Shown here: positions 1 to 8,464 of the stretch, piece after piece | Layout: each line of letters starts with the position of its first letter | How positions within the stretch are numbered: the stretch's first letter is position 1 | Assembly (NCBI GenBank): GCA_963765675.1 | Contig: CAVXXK010000003.1 | Coordinates: 1-64,000, forward strand | Direction: 5' to 3' | Length of the DNA: 64,000 nucleotides | From: an uncultured delta proteobacterium | GTDB taxonomy: Bacteria > Desulfobacterota > Binatia > Binatales > Binataceae | Translations under genes and position numbers: made by a program | The notes under the pieces: generated by a model | Seen by the model: only the letters and a program-made list of their open reading frames with translations | Told to the model about the DNA's origin: nothing | Databases searched by the model: none

Positions 1-49
1 TGGGACCAGCCGGTTATGGCCACTCTGAACCTGGCTGAGCTATGGGCCC
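1..49 (-). tRNA. Partial tRNA with probable CAT anticodon (tRNA-Ile2/Met type); runs off the window edge and lacks about 5 nt of the anticodon arm
   Basis: The minus strand reads GGGCCCA-TA-GCTC-AGCCAGGTTCA-GAGT-G-GCCATAACCGGC-TGGTC-CCA. Acceptor 5' strand, D-arm, variable loop and start of the T-stem are recognisable. The anticodon arm has 12 nt where GCCGGCTCATAACCGGC (17 nt) would be expected. Confidence 0.7.
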
Positions 50-74
50 TTGAAGATGCGTCTGGCGACACTTG

Positions 75-103
75 ATGCTACCAATTCGCGCCGGAGGTTT
101 TAA
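75..103 (-). promoter_or_regulatory. Putative sigma70-type promoter for the tRNA
   Basis: Minus strand TTAAAA-N17-TAGCAT with TG upstream of the -10, ending 25 nt before the tRNA 5' end. Confidence 0.35.
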
Positions 104-142
104 GTGGCACCAGCAAAGTTCGTTATACCGCCGGCCATTGCT

Positions 143-1918
143 TCATCGCCCGGTTTCGGATTCCCGTCTGAGCGAAATCACCGCCTGCGCCGCGGCTGCC
201 GCCTGATCATCACCATCGCGCGAGTCAGACGACGCGCGCGCACTGCGCCTGAGAGATTCGACTTCGCGCCCGCGGCGGCGGCGCGCAGACGCCGCAAGGT
301 AGTCCGAAGCGAGCGCGCGCGCCTGATCGCGATTCTCGATAAAATCGTCGATAGCCATCGCCGCGATTGCGGATTGCTGCTCGGCAGTCAGCCGCTCCGC
401 CGCCCATCCGACCAGCGCCTGATGCGGCTCATCGCGCGTGCACACCTCCATCAGGGCCTGGGCGAGATCCGGATTTGCATAATTCTGCTCGGCTCCGGCG
501 ACTGCGATCTCCGCGCGGAGCTGGGGATGCAGCAGCGCGATCGCGACCGGTCCGATCTCGGCGCGAGAGCCCGCATCCGCCGCGGGAACCGCTGGCATGT
601 TCACGGGCGGACGCGAAACCGGCACGCGCGACGCAGCCGCACCCGGGCGCCGCGCCTCGCGGCGCAGGAGCTCCTCGCCAACGCCGAGCAGCGGAGCGGC
701 TTTTCGCGCGAGCATGTCGAACTCGAAGTTATTCGTGACCATCCTGAGCACGGCCGCCACCCGCTCCGCAGCTTGCGCACGCGCGGCCAGTGAGCGGCCC
801 GCCTCTTCGGCCTGCGTCTGGAGAAAATAATCGATCAACAGCTCCGCCGAATCGGCCAACCGCGTGAAGCTCTCGGCGCCATGTTCGCGGATGAATGTGT
901 CGGGATCAAATCCGGCTGGAATGAAGATCCCGCGTCCCAGCAGACCTGCCTGCAGGAAAATTTCGAGTGCGCGCACGGAAGCCTTGCGCCCCGCGTTGTC
1001 GCCGTCGAAGCACGCGAGCACGTTGCGCGTATGCCGGCTGAGCATCCGCAACTGCTCGACGGTCAGTGCGGTGCCGCATCCCGCCACCACTTCTTTGAAT
1101 CCGGCCTGCGAGAGCATGATCGCGTCAATATAGCCCTCGACCAGGATCGCGCGATCCTTCGCCGTGATCGCCTGACGTGCTTCGAATAATCCGTACAGCG
1201 TGCGGGTCTTCGAATAGAGCGGCGACTCCGGCGAGTTCAGATATTTCGGCTGCCTGTCGTCGAGCACCCTGCCCCCGAACGCGATGACGCGCCCCTGCAC
1301 GTCGCGAATCGGGAACATCACGCGCGCCCGGAACATATCGTGCGTGCCGGCAGGATCGCGCTTGAGCAGTCCGAGCTTGAGGCCGCTATCGGCCAACCCG
1401 CGTTTCTCCAGCGCACGCGCGAGCCATACAGGCTGCTCGGGAGTAAAACCGATCTTGAATGCGCGCGCGGTTGCGGCGGTAATTCCGCGCGTCTCCAGAT
1501 ACGCGCGTGCGCGCGCACCCTCGTCACTTTTCCACAGCGCGCGTTCGAAGAAATCCGCGGCGAATTGATTGGCGCGATAGAGCCCGTCGCGCTCCGAGAC
1601 GCTCGGACCGCCGGCATTTTCAGTTTCGGGGATCTCGATTCCATATCGATGCGCGACCTGGCGCACCGCTTCGGGAAACGTCAGCCCCTCCATCTTCATG
1701 ATGAAGTTGAAAACCGTACCGCCGGCGCCGCATCCGAAACAATGAAAAAATCCGCGCTCAGCGTTGACGGAAAATGACGGAGTCTTTTCCTGATGGAACG
1801 GGCACAGACCGGTGAAGTTGCGGCCGGCGCGGCGCAAGCGGACGTGCGCGCCGACAATCTCAACGATATCGGCGCGCGAGCGAACTTCTTCGATCTTGTC
1901 TTCGCCGATTCGTCCCAT
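143..1918 (-). CDS. dnaG: DNA primase
   Basis: CHC2 zinc finger (CPFHQEKTPSF...HCFGC), KYLNSPES, TOPRIM VEGYID and CFDGD. Start set at MGRIGED (ATG 1918, overlapping the upstream stop). Confidence 0.97.
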   Translation of the reverse strand: MGRIGEDKIEEVRSRADIVEIVGAHVRLRRAGRNFTGLCPFHQEKTPSFSVNAERGFFHCFGCGAGGTVFNFIMKMEGLTFPEAVRQVAHRYGIEIPETENAGGPSVSERDGLYRANQFAADFFERALWKSDEGARARAYLETRGITAATARAFKIGFTPEQPVWLARALEKRGLADSGLKLGLLKRDPAGTHDMFRARVMFPIRDVQGRVIAFGGRVLDDRQPKYLNSPESPLYSKTRTLYGLFEARQAITAKDRAILVEGYIDAIMLSQAGFKEVVAGCGTALTVEQLRMLSRHTRNVLACFDGDNAGRKASVRALEIFLQAGLLGRGIFIPAGFDPDTFIREHGAESFTRLADSAELLIDYFLQTQAEEAGRSLAARAQAAERVAAVLRMVTNNFEFDMLARKAAPLLGVGEELLRREARRPGAAASRVPVSRPPVNMPAVPAADAGSRAEIGPVAIALLHPQLRAEIAVAGAEQNYANPDLAQALMEVCTRDEPHQALVGWAAERLTAEQQSAIAAMAIDDFIENRDQARALASDYLAASARRRRGREVESLRRSARASSDSRDGDDQAAAAAQAVISLRRESETGR

Positions 1919-2610
1919 CACGCGTCCAGCACCGACCGCATCCGATCGGGATAGTTGGTCATGATTCCGTCCACACCCGCCTCGATCAGCGCTCGCATCT
2001 GTTCCGGTCGATCGACGGTCCATACCAGAACCTTGAATCCGCGTGCGTGTGCGGCAATGCAGAGGTCCGGCGTCACAAGGTCGCAACGCGGATTCACCGC
2101 GTAAGCGTGGAGACGTGCGGCCGCTTCGAGCATTCGATCGGGCTTCTTTTCCGCCAAGACTCCCGCGCGGATCTCCGGCGCGACCGTGCGCATCGCCTCA
2201 AGTGCGCTCCAATCGAAGCTCGACACCATCGAGGTCTCTGTCGCTTCATGCTTGCGCATAATCTCCGCGACCTGCGGCTCGAGACCGGGAATTTTCAGCT
2301 CGACGTTCAGACCGCATCGCCCCGCCGTGGTCTCGAACACCTCTTCGAGGGTCGGGATTCGCTCGCCTCGGCCCGCGTCCAGAGACTTGAGCTCGGCAAG
2401 CGTGAACGCGGCGACCGCGCCGCGTCCGTTCGTGGTGCGATCGACGGTGTCGTCGTGAATCACGACGACCGCGCCGTCGCGGCTTAGCTGCACATCAAGC
2501 TCACACATATCCGCGCCCGCATCGCACGCCGCCCGAAATGCAGCAAGCGTGTTTTCGGGAAATGCTCTGCTGGCGCCGCGATGCCCGATATTCAGGACAC
2601 GCGCGCTCAT
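1918..2610 (-). CDS. Glycerophosphodiester phosphodiesterase (GDPD/UgpQ family)
   Basis: IGHRGAS...PENTLAAF, ELDVQLSRDG..VVIHD, NVELK, C-terminal GVDGIMTNYP. Start trimmed to MSARVLN. Confidence 0.93.
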   Translation of the reverse strand: MSARVLNIGHRGASRAFPENTLAAFRAACDAGADMCELDVQLSRDGAVVVIHDDTVDRTTNGRGAVAAFTLAELKSLDAGRGERIPTLEEVFETTAGRCGLNVELKIPGLEPQVAEIMRKHEATETSMVSSFDWSALEAMRTVAPEIRAGVLAEKKPDRMLEAAARLHAYAVNPRCDLVTPDLCIAAHARGFKVLVWTVDRPEQMRALIEAGVDGIMTNYPDRMRSVLDA

Positions 2611-2749
2611 CGTCTGATCCCTGCAACTGCCATCCGATAGAAGAATCTTACGCAGTCCCGCCGCGGCTCGGCAATCGCCGCCTTGGATTATCTCCACAGC
2701 CCGCAATCCCTTCGCAACTCGATCTCGCGTAAAATCACGGGCGGTTCCG

Positions 2750-3646
2750 ATGACTGAGGCCAAGTCTATCGCTCGATCATACATCAAGGCGGCGTTTCGT
2801 ACTCCGGCTGCGATGGCCGACGAAGCGGCGGGATTTCTGGTCGCCAATGGCGCGCTCGGATGCGCTGTCGCGGAACTGGCGCGGCCGAACCAGCGCCCGC
2901 GCGCGATCGTCACGCTCGAAGCGTTTTTCAATCGCCTTGCGGCGCGCGACCTTGCGCGGCTTCGACTCGCAATGCGCCAAGCAGGGATGCTCGCGGCCGG
3001 CGACGGCAAAATTCCTCTTCGCAGAATCATCGATCCCGGATGGGCCACGATGTGGCAGAATCGCTTTCGCCCGTTCCGAATCGGACGAACGTTTTTGATC
3101 GTGCCGCCGTGGCAGCGCAAGTCCGAGCCGCATCGGATGAGTATTGTGATCAAACCGGGCCGCGCCTTCGGCACAGGACATCATCCTTCGACCGCGGGAG
3201 CACTGCGCGCGATCGAGGAGATAGTGTCGGGCGGCGGCGCGATTCGCAGCGCGCTCGACGTCGGCACCGGCTCGGGCTTGCTGGCGATCGCCGTACGGAT
3301 GCAAGGAGCCGCGCGAATCGTCGCGATCGATATCGACGCCGACGCGCTCGAGAACGCACGTGACAACGCCGATCTGAACGGCGGGAGCCGCGCGATCCGC
3401 TTCTCGGCAATTCCACTTCACTCGGTGCGCGGGCGCTTCGACCTGGTGATCGCAAATATCCTGGCAGGTGTGTTAATCGAGATGGCGCCCGAGCTCGTGC
3501 GCAGGCTCGCGCCCCGCGGCCACCTGGTGCTCGGAGGAATTCTAGCCAGCGAATCGCGCAGCGTGATTCGCGCGTACCGCAAACTGGTCCGACCGGTGTC
3601 CGAAACGCGCAGCCGCGGATGGGCAACACTGAGGTTCGCGAGATGA
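2750..3646 (+). CDS. prmA: Ribosomal protein L11 methyltransferase
   Basis: IVPPW, IKPGRAFGTGHHPST, LDVGTGSGLLAI, DLVIANILA. Confidence 0.93.
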   Translation: MTEAKSIARSYIKAAFRTPAAMADEAAGFLVANGALGCAVAELARPNQRPRAIVTLEAFFNRLAARDLARLRLAMRQAGMLAAGDGKIPLRRIIDPGWATMWQNRFRPFRIGRTFLIVPPWQRKSEPHRMSIVIKPGRAFGTGHHPSTAGALRAIEEIVSGGGAIRSALDVGTGSGLLAIAVRMQGAARIVAIDIDADALENARDNADLNGGSRAIRFSAIPLHSVRGRFDLVIANILAGVLIEMAPELVRRLAPRGHLVLGGILASESRSVIRAYRKLVRPVSETRSRGWATLRFAR

Positions 3647-4368
3647 AAACTCCGCCGCGTTTCGCGATCGAAGCGCCGCCAGCCGCCGACGGCACCATCC
3701 GCGTGACGGGGAACGAAGCCCATCATATGCGCGACGTAATGCGGGTAACGCCCGGCGAGACGATAACGCTGATCGACGCGGAGGGGCTGGAATATTCCGC
3801 GCGCCTCGAACGCTATTCTCGTTCCAGCGCCGAGCTTCGGGTCCTCGCAACTCGGCGGGCCTCGAGCCGCGCGAGGCTCATCCTCGCGCAGGCTATCATC
3901 AAGGGTCCACGCATGGATTTTATTGTCGAGAAGGCAGCCGAGCTTGGCGCGACCGAGCTATGGCCGATCATTTGCGCGCGCGGCCAGGTGCGCGAGCCTG
4001 GCGCCGAGCGCCACGCACGATGGAACCGGCTGGCGATCGCGGCGTCCAAGCAGAGTATCCTCGCACCGCCGATGCGGGTGCGCGAGGCGATCGATTTCCG
4101 CGGCTTGATTCGCGACGCGCCGCGAGAAACGCTCAAGTTGAGCTGCTCAGTCAGCGCGGAGCCGATCGGCGCGATTCTCGAGCACGCCACGCCTAACGCG
4201 GTGCTGATCGCAGTTGGACCCGAAGGTGATTTCGACTCGACCGAGCTCGCATCGGCGTCCGAGGCCGGCTTCGTCCCTGCTGGGCTCGGCCCGGCACGGC
4301 TTCGGAGCGAGACCGCGGCGCTGGTCGCACTTGCGATCGCGGGGCAATTCCTCACGCGCGGCGTATAA
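3643..4368 (+). CDS. rsmE: 16S rRNA m3U1498 methyltransferase
   Basis: HHMRDVMRV, VEKAAELG, AVGPEGDF, LGPARLRSETAA. ATGA overlap with prmA. Confidence 0.95.
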   Translation: MKTPPRFAIEAPPAADGTIRVTGNEAHHMRDVMRVTPGETITLIDAEGLEYSARLERYSRSSAELRVLATRRASSRARLILAQAIIKGPRMDFIVEKAAELGATELWPIICARGQVREPGAERHARWNRLAIAASKQSILAPPMRVREAIDFRGLIRDAPRETLKLSCSVSAEPIGAILEHATPNAVLIAVGPEGDFDSTELASASEAGFVPAGLGPARLRSETAALVALAIAGQFLTRGV

Positions 4369-4394
4369 TGGATCATCACGGAGGATAATCACGC

Positions 4395-5354
4395 GTGGCG
4401 CACAAGTTCGCGTTCATAATGGATCCGCTCGAGAACGTCCTGGTCGACAAAGACACGACGTTCGTCTTTATGCTCGAAGCGCTACGGCGGGGGCACGAGA
4501 TTTACTTCCTGGGCCTGCGCGATCTGTATGCGCGCGGGCCTCAGGCCATGATGCGCGCGCGACGCTGCGAGGTTATGCGCGGCTCGCCGCACTTTCGTTA
4601 TCTCGACGAGGGCGATGATTACGCGATCGAGCATTTCGCCGCGGTCTGGATGCGCAAGGATCCTCCCGCCGACGCGAACTATCTCTACGCAACGATGCTG
4701 CTGGGGCTGGCCGACCCCCGCCGCACCTTCGTTCTCAACGACCCCTCGGGGCTGCGCGAAGCAAACGAGAAACTGTACGCGCTCAACTTTCCCGGCGCGA
4801 TTCCGCCCACGATCGTCACCTACGAATCGGCACGGTTGCGCAAATTCATGGCCGAACAGGGCGGTGAAATGATCGTAAAGCCGCTGGACGGACACGGTGG
4901 CGAAGGCGTGTTTTTCGTGCACATTGCCGACCGCAACCTCGGCGCGATTCTCGAATCGATTACTCATTTCGAGACCCGTCCGATCATGGCGCAGCGCTAT
5001 CTACCCGAGGTCCGCGCCGGCGACAAGCGTCTCATCGTGCTCGACGGTGAGCCGCTCGGTGCGACGCTTAGAGTTCCGCGCGAGGACGAGCATCGCGGCA
5101 ATATCCACGTCGGCGGCACCTGCGTACAGGCGGCGATCACGGCGCGCGATCGCGAAATCTGTGCGATGCTGAAGCCGCGGCTTGTGCGCGACGGCCTCTA
5201 CTTCGTCGGGCTCGATATAATCGGCGACTATCTGACCGAGGTGAACGTCACCAGTCCGACTGGCGTGCAGGAGATCGATCGCCTCGACGGCGTGAGCTTG
5301 GAAGCGAAGGTGATGGATTTCGTCGAAGCACGATGCGCCCAGCTATCGCGCTAG
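4395..5354 (+). CDS. gshB: Glutathione synthetase
   Basis: FIMDP..., KDTTF, MRKDPP, NEKLY, KPLDGHGGEGVF, RGNIHVGG, TEVNVTSPTG. Conserved rsmE-gshB linkage. Confidence 0.96.
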   Translation: MAHKFAFIMDPLENVLVDKDTTFVFMLEALRRGHEIYFLGLRDLYARGPQAMMRARRCEVMRGSPHFRYLDEGDDYAIEHFAAVWMRKDPPADANYLYATMLLGLADPRRTFVLNDPSGLREANEKLYALNFPGAIPPTIVTYESARLRKFMAEQGGEMIVKPLDGHGGEGVFFVHIADRNLGAILESITHFETRPIMAQRYLPEVRAGDKRLIVLDGEPLGATLRVPREDEHRGNIHVGGTCVQAAITARDREICAMLKPRLVRDGLYFVGLDIIGDYLTEVNVTSPTGVQEIDRLDGVSLEAKVMDFVEARCAQLSR

Positions 5355-5437
5355 CGCGAGTCGAGCGACGTGCCGATGGTTGCATGCGCGGCAGAGTACC
5401 GGTACGAATGATCGTTCATAGCTCCGCGCGAAACGGT

Positions 5438-5513
5438 GGGCAGGTAGCTCAGTCGGTAGAGCAGAAGACTGAAAATCTTCGTGTCGAGTGTTCGATTCAC
5501 TCCCTGCCCACCA
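5438..5513 (+). tRNA. tRNA-Phe (GAA)
   Basis: 76-nt cloverleaf: GGGCAGG acceptor, GAAGA-CTGAAAA-TCTTC anticodon arm, GAGTG-TTCGATT-CACTC T-arm, encoded CCA. Confidence 0.97.
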
Positions 5514-5518
5514 AAATC
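5468..5518 (+). repeat. attL-like 51-bp direct repeat (tRNA-Phe 3' half plus 5 nt)
   Basis: ACTGAAAATCTTCG...CCCACCAAAATC is identical to 7024-7074. Confidence 0.93.
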
Positions 5519-5568
5519 ATCCTTAATCTATAACATGTTTTTCTGGCGCTCTCCGAGCCCCGGAGAAT

Positions 5569-5593
5569 TTGATAGCCACGGTTGACAGCCACC
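5569..5593 (+). repeat. Tandem arm-type integrase-binding-like repeats (left end)
   Basis: TTGATAGCCACG (5569-5580) and TTGACAGCCACC (5582-5593). The same motif recurs as a pair at 6909-6932. Confidence 0.65.
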
Positions 5594-5741
5594 CAGCCAT
5601 AAATCCGGGTATGAAAAGGTGATCCAACTTTGAGACCGGAAAACGGCTCCGGTCGAATCGAGCTGAGAAAAATCAGATGTCCGGCCGCTGGAAACTGACT
5701 CTAGGCGATCTTAGTTCAGCGTGTTGCCCACATTTTTGTGT

Positions 5742-5771
5742 TTGCTTCGTGCGAGTTCGCGGGGCTATACT
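5742..5771 (+). promoter_or_regulatory. Putative sigma70 promoter driving the antisense RNA
   Basis: TTGCTT-N18-TATACT. The expected start (~5777-5778) coincides with the first base of the structured element. Confidence 0.6.
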
Positions 5772-5777
5772 TTGGCC

Positions 5778-5859
5778 AAAGCTGGCGTGAGTCCTGAGTC
5801 ACCTCGTCTGCGGATGCAGGCATAAATGGAGGCCTTAGGGTGCCGGCTTTTTCTTTCTT
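5778..5859 (+). ncRNA. Predicted structured small RNA convergent with and overlapping the DUF3800 3' end (DUF3800 RNA motif-like)
   Basis: Nested stems 5778-87/5841-50, 5792-98/5834-40, 5802-05/5829-32 and 5806-11/5816-21. Five G-U wobbles on the + strand would be A-C mismatches on the - strand. Upstream promoter and U-rich tail present. Confidence 0.65.
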
Positions 5860-6524
5860 GGTACGCGGAGGCTCACCTCGATTTTATCGTCTCGCAGGCG
5901 GTTGAGGTACGTCCAATCGTCGTGGGCGTATGCAGCGTAGATTGCGCCGGCAATGAAATCGACCACTTGAAGTTGCGCGTGGTGTGCTGAGTCCTTGGCT
6001 TCGAGATTGACGGCGCACGCCAGCATCCCGTTTTGTTCGAACTGCTTAAGGTACTGCCGCAGCCGCTCTGTGGCCCGCTGATTTCGCGCATCAATCGTAA
6101 GTGCGATACGTTTGCCGCGCGCCCGCGTCTCGAACATCCCGGCCTTTTCCATCGCGAACCGGACCGCGTAGTTGTAACGGATCTCTTCGTGGCGGCTCCT
6201 GAACTGTTCGTTGAACCAGGTCTTGTGAATCACACACCCCGAGACGCCGACGATGTGGGTGCGTTCGCGGCATATCTGCTCGATCACGGCCGCGCGGAGC
6301 TCGGGGTTGGAATTCGACCATTTCAGTTCGTTCTTCTTGGCTCGGCTCCCCAAGCCCTTACGGCGCGCTCTTTTCAGAACTCGGCTGAGTGCTTCTCGTG
6401 AGTGAAGATGCAGGATCGCGATGACAAATACTGGAGTGCTGCCCTTGGAAGTGCCAAGGTCTCCGCTTTCGTCGAGAAATTGAAAATTGCCTGGAAGAGA
6501 TTCGGCCGGCAAGTTGTGCTCCAT
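5835..6524 (-). CDS. DUF3800 domain protein (predicted RNase H-like fold)
   Basis: N-terminal FLDESGDLG, KNELKWS, central TIDAR and C-terminal LQVVDFIAGAI: the acidic motif pattern of DUF3800. Confidence 0.85.
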   Translation of the reverse strand: MEHNLPAESLPGNFQFLDESGDLGTSKGSTPVFVIAILHLHSREALSRVLKRARRKGLGSRAKKNELKWSNSNPELRAAVIEQICRERTHIVGVSGCVIHKTWFNEQFRSRHEEIRYNYAVRFAMEKAGMFETRARGKRIALTIDARNQRATERLRQYLKQFEQNGMLACAVNLEAKDSAHHAQLQVVDFIAGAIYAAYAHDDWTYLNRLRDDKIEVSLRVPRKKKPAP

Positions 6525-6908
6525 TCGATGACACTGGGTTTACTCAATCGATTATCATCGAATCCGATTGGACACTCAGATCGGAAAACACTCAAGGGGT
6601 AGCTCTGGAAAAGAGTAGCTGGCCCGTCCGTCTCAACGCGCATGCTCCACAACCCTTTGTAGATCTGCTCTGAGAGACCTCAGGAGACATGCTGAGTTGA
6701 TCGCTTCACGCGCCCAGGCTGGCGCCCCGTCACTTCCTGAGCGCCGTTATCCGCGGAATTCGCGCCGTGGCTGCGGTCCTCGCTTACCTGCCGATCGTGC
6801 GGTTTTCGTCGGCGATGCGGCGGTAATTCTCGAAGCCCGGCTGCTCGTCCCAAATTCGCCGTATCCTGCGCACCGTAGACATATACTGGAAGCTTGGAGC
6901 CGCGGCAT

Positions 6909-6932
6909 TTGACAGCCAGCGTGACCGCCACG
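6909..6932 (+). repeat. Tandem arm-type integrase-binding-like repeats (right end)
   Basis: TTGACAGCCAGC (6909-6920) and GTGACCGCCACG (6921-6932), about 90 bp before attR. Confidence 0.65.
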
Positions 6933-7023
6933 GCGTTTGATTCCAGCGTAACGGCTGGATGTTACTGAAAGTAGAGCGGAGGATTTATATAAATTGGGAT
7001 GCGGGCGCACGGTCAACTACCGA

Positions 7024-7074
7024 ACTGAAAATCTTCGTGTCGAGTGTTCGATTCACTCCCTGCCCACCAAAATC
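7024..7074 (+). repeat. attR-like duplicated tRNA-Phe 3' half
   Basis: Exact 51-bp copy of 5468-5518 with no tRNA 5' half upstream. Confidence 0.93.
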
Positions 7075-7228
7075 CCGTTTTTGAGCGATTTTTACTTGGA
7101 ACCGTGCGCAGTGCCGAAGTAATCGCCGCCGTGAACGTGATGGTCGGTCGGCGCGCCCCACTGAATATCGTGATCCATCCGCTCCCGCCTTCAGTGAGTT
7201 TCAACCTTATTTGACGGCCTCAATTCGA

Positions 7229-8224
7229 TCAGGACGTCGGGCCGAAAGTGATCTGGTAGGAGAAATTGTTGGCGCTTCCCAGGAATATCTTTGGACGCTG
7301 CGACTTCTTATTGGTCAGCTGCACGGGACCAAATTTCAGGATCGATCCAGTGGTATAATTCGCAACCCACATGTCGCCGCTGACGTCGAACGCCAATCCC
7401 CACGCCCCGTTCAGAGTATTGTTGGGGCTGGTGATTGCAATTGCGGGCGCCGGGTTGGTGGTAGACGCAAGGTCAGCTTTCGAATATTCGACTACCGTCG
7501 AATTGTCGAAGTTCGTGACCCAAAGGTTCTTCTTGTGATCGAAAGCAAGCTCCCCCGGAGCCGCAAGCCCATCGGTGATGATTCGCGGAGCCTGGTTGCC
7601 GCCGACTAGCTGATCCGGAGTAAATTCGAACACCGCACTAGCGTCTTCGTCCGAAACCCATAAATCTCCGGCTTTGTCGAAGGCGACGAACTGCGGCGAG
7701 GCGAAATCGCCGCTCGCCGTCAACGTGATCGCGGGCGTGAGATCGGCGCTCCCAGCTTTGAGTTGCGCGGCGCTGAGTTCATAGATCGCGCCGGATGCGT
7801 CCGCGATCCAAAGGTCGCCGGCGGAGTCGAAATTGCTCCCCACCAAAAACTGGAACGATGAACTGGTAATTGTAACGGCGGGAGTTGGCGTGGATGTTTT
7901 CGCCAACTTAGCGAGCTGTTTTGCCGTAATTTCCTGGACCTGGTTGCCGCCGGTCGTCGTCCACAGATTGCCCTTGCGATCGAACGAAATCCCGAGCGGA
8001 TCGCTCGAGAGCCCGATCAAATTTGGACGCGGCAGGCCGGTGTCCGTAAGTTGGTTGTGCTTAAACTGCTCGATATTGACGGATTGGTTGTTGGCAACCC
8101 ATAGCGACTGCCCCGACCACGCCGGCGATACGGCGCCACACGCAATCACGGCGAGCATCGCCGATGCGGCACACAAAAGGCCTCGCGCGGCGCTGCGCAA
8201 CCGCAGAAAATCTCGAACCTGCAT
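7229..8224 (-). CDS. Secreted NHL-repeat-like beta-propeller protein
   Basis: Signal peptide ending ...SPAWS. Repeats GISFDRKGNLW, GSNFDSAGDLW, FVAFDKAGDLW, ELAFDHKKNLW, GLAFDVSGDMW. GGAGGAG RBS before ATG 8224. Confidence 0.8.
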   Translation of the reverse strand: MQVRDFLRLRSAARGLLCAASAMLAVIACGAVSPAWSGQSLWVANNQSVNIEQFKHNQLTDTGLPRPNLIGLSSDPLGISFDRKGNLWTTTGGNQVQEITAKQLAKLAKTSTPTPAVTITSSSFQFLVGSNFDSAGDLWIADASGAIYELSAAQLKAGSADLTPAITLTASGDFASPQFVAFDKAGDLWVSDEDASAVFEFTPDQLVGGNQAPRIITDGLAAPGELAFDHKKNLWVTNFDNSTVVEYSKADLASTTNPAPAIAITSPNNTLNGAWGLAFDVSGDMWVANYTTGSILKFGPVQLTNKKSQRPKIFLGSANNFSYQITFGPTS

Positions 8225-8464
8225 TCTCTCCTCCCGCTGACCAACCCGCGATCCTCGATCGCGCGCGCGAAACATCGAACCCTGATTTTCCCGAAACCTG
8301 AGACGAATGTCCACGTCAACTGCCGGACGCCCAAAACAACTGCTCTAGACGCGTCGAGGATGATAGCCCGTGACGCGGAGCGAGGCGATCGCCCCGCGCC
8401 ACAGGTGGAGGTGAGTCAGCGCATTGCCCTTCCGGCGTGGCCGCCGTAGGCATGCGAGATCAGA

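Larger units (their letters stand above)
5468..7074. mobile_element. Small tRNA-Phe-integrated island without an intact integrase
   Basis: Flanking 51-bp direct repeats start in the anticodon arm. Paired arm-type repeats lie inside both ends. The interior is visibly more AT-rich than the flanks and carries a DUF3800 gene. Confidence 0.85.

Noticed and set aside
104-793. 229-aa + strand ORF and the many other long antisense or alternate-frame ORFs (e.g. 13573-14616, 19375-20721, 24470-25732, 35957-37339, 39837-41336, 58269-59663)
   Set aside because: They are shadow ORFs of well-supported genes in high-GC DNA; they are Arg/Ala-rich and carry no family motifs.
5778-5859. Reading the structure as the intrinsic terminator of the DUF3800 gene
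   Set aside because: On the minus strand five pairs become A-C mismatches, the stem begins inside the coding region, and only a 3-nt T run follows.
7013-7204. 63-aa ORF across attR, and attR as a second tRNA gene
   Set aside because: The ORF is the antisense reading of the duplicated tRNA fragment. The fragment lacks the acceptor 5' strand and the D-arm.
8225-8460. Riboswitch in the long leader
   Set aside because: I could not find consensus elements of c-di-GMP, c-di-AMP, cobalamin, TPP or SAM aptamers by eye. An Rfam scan is needed.
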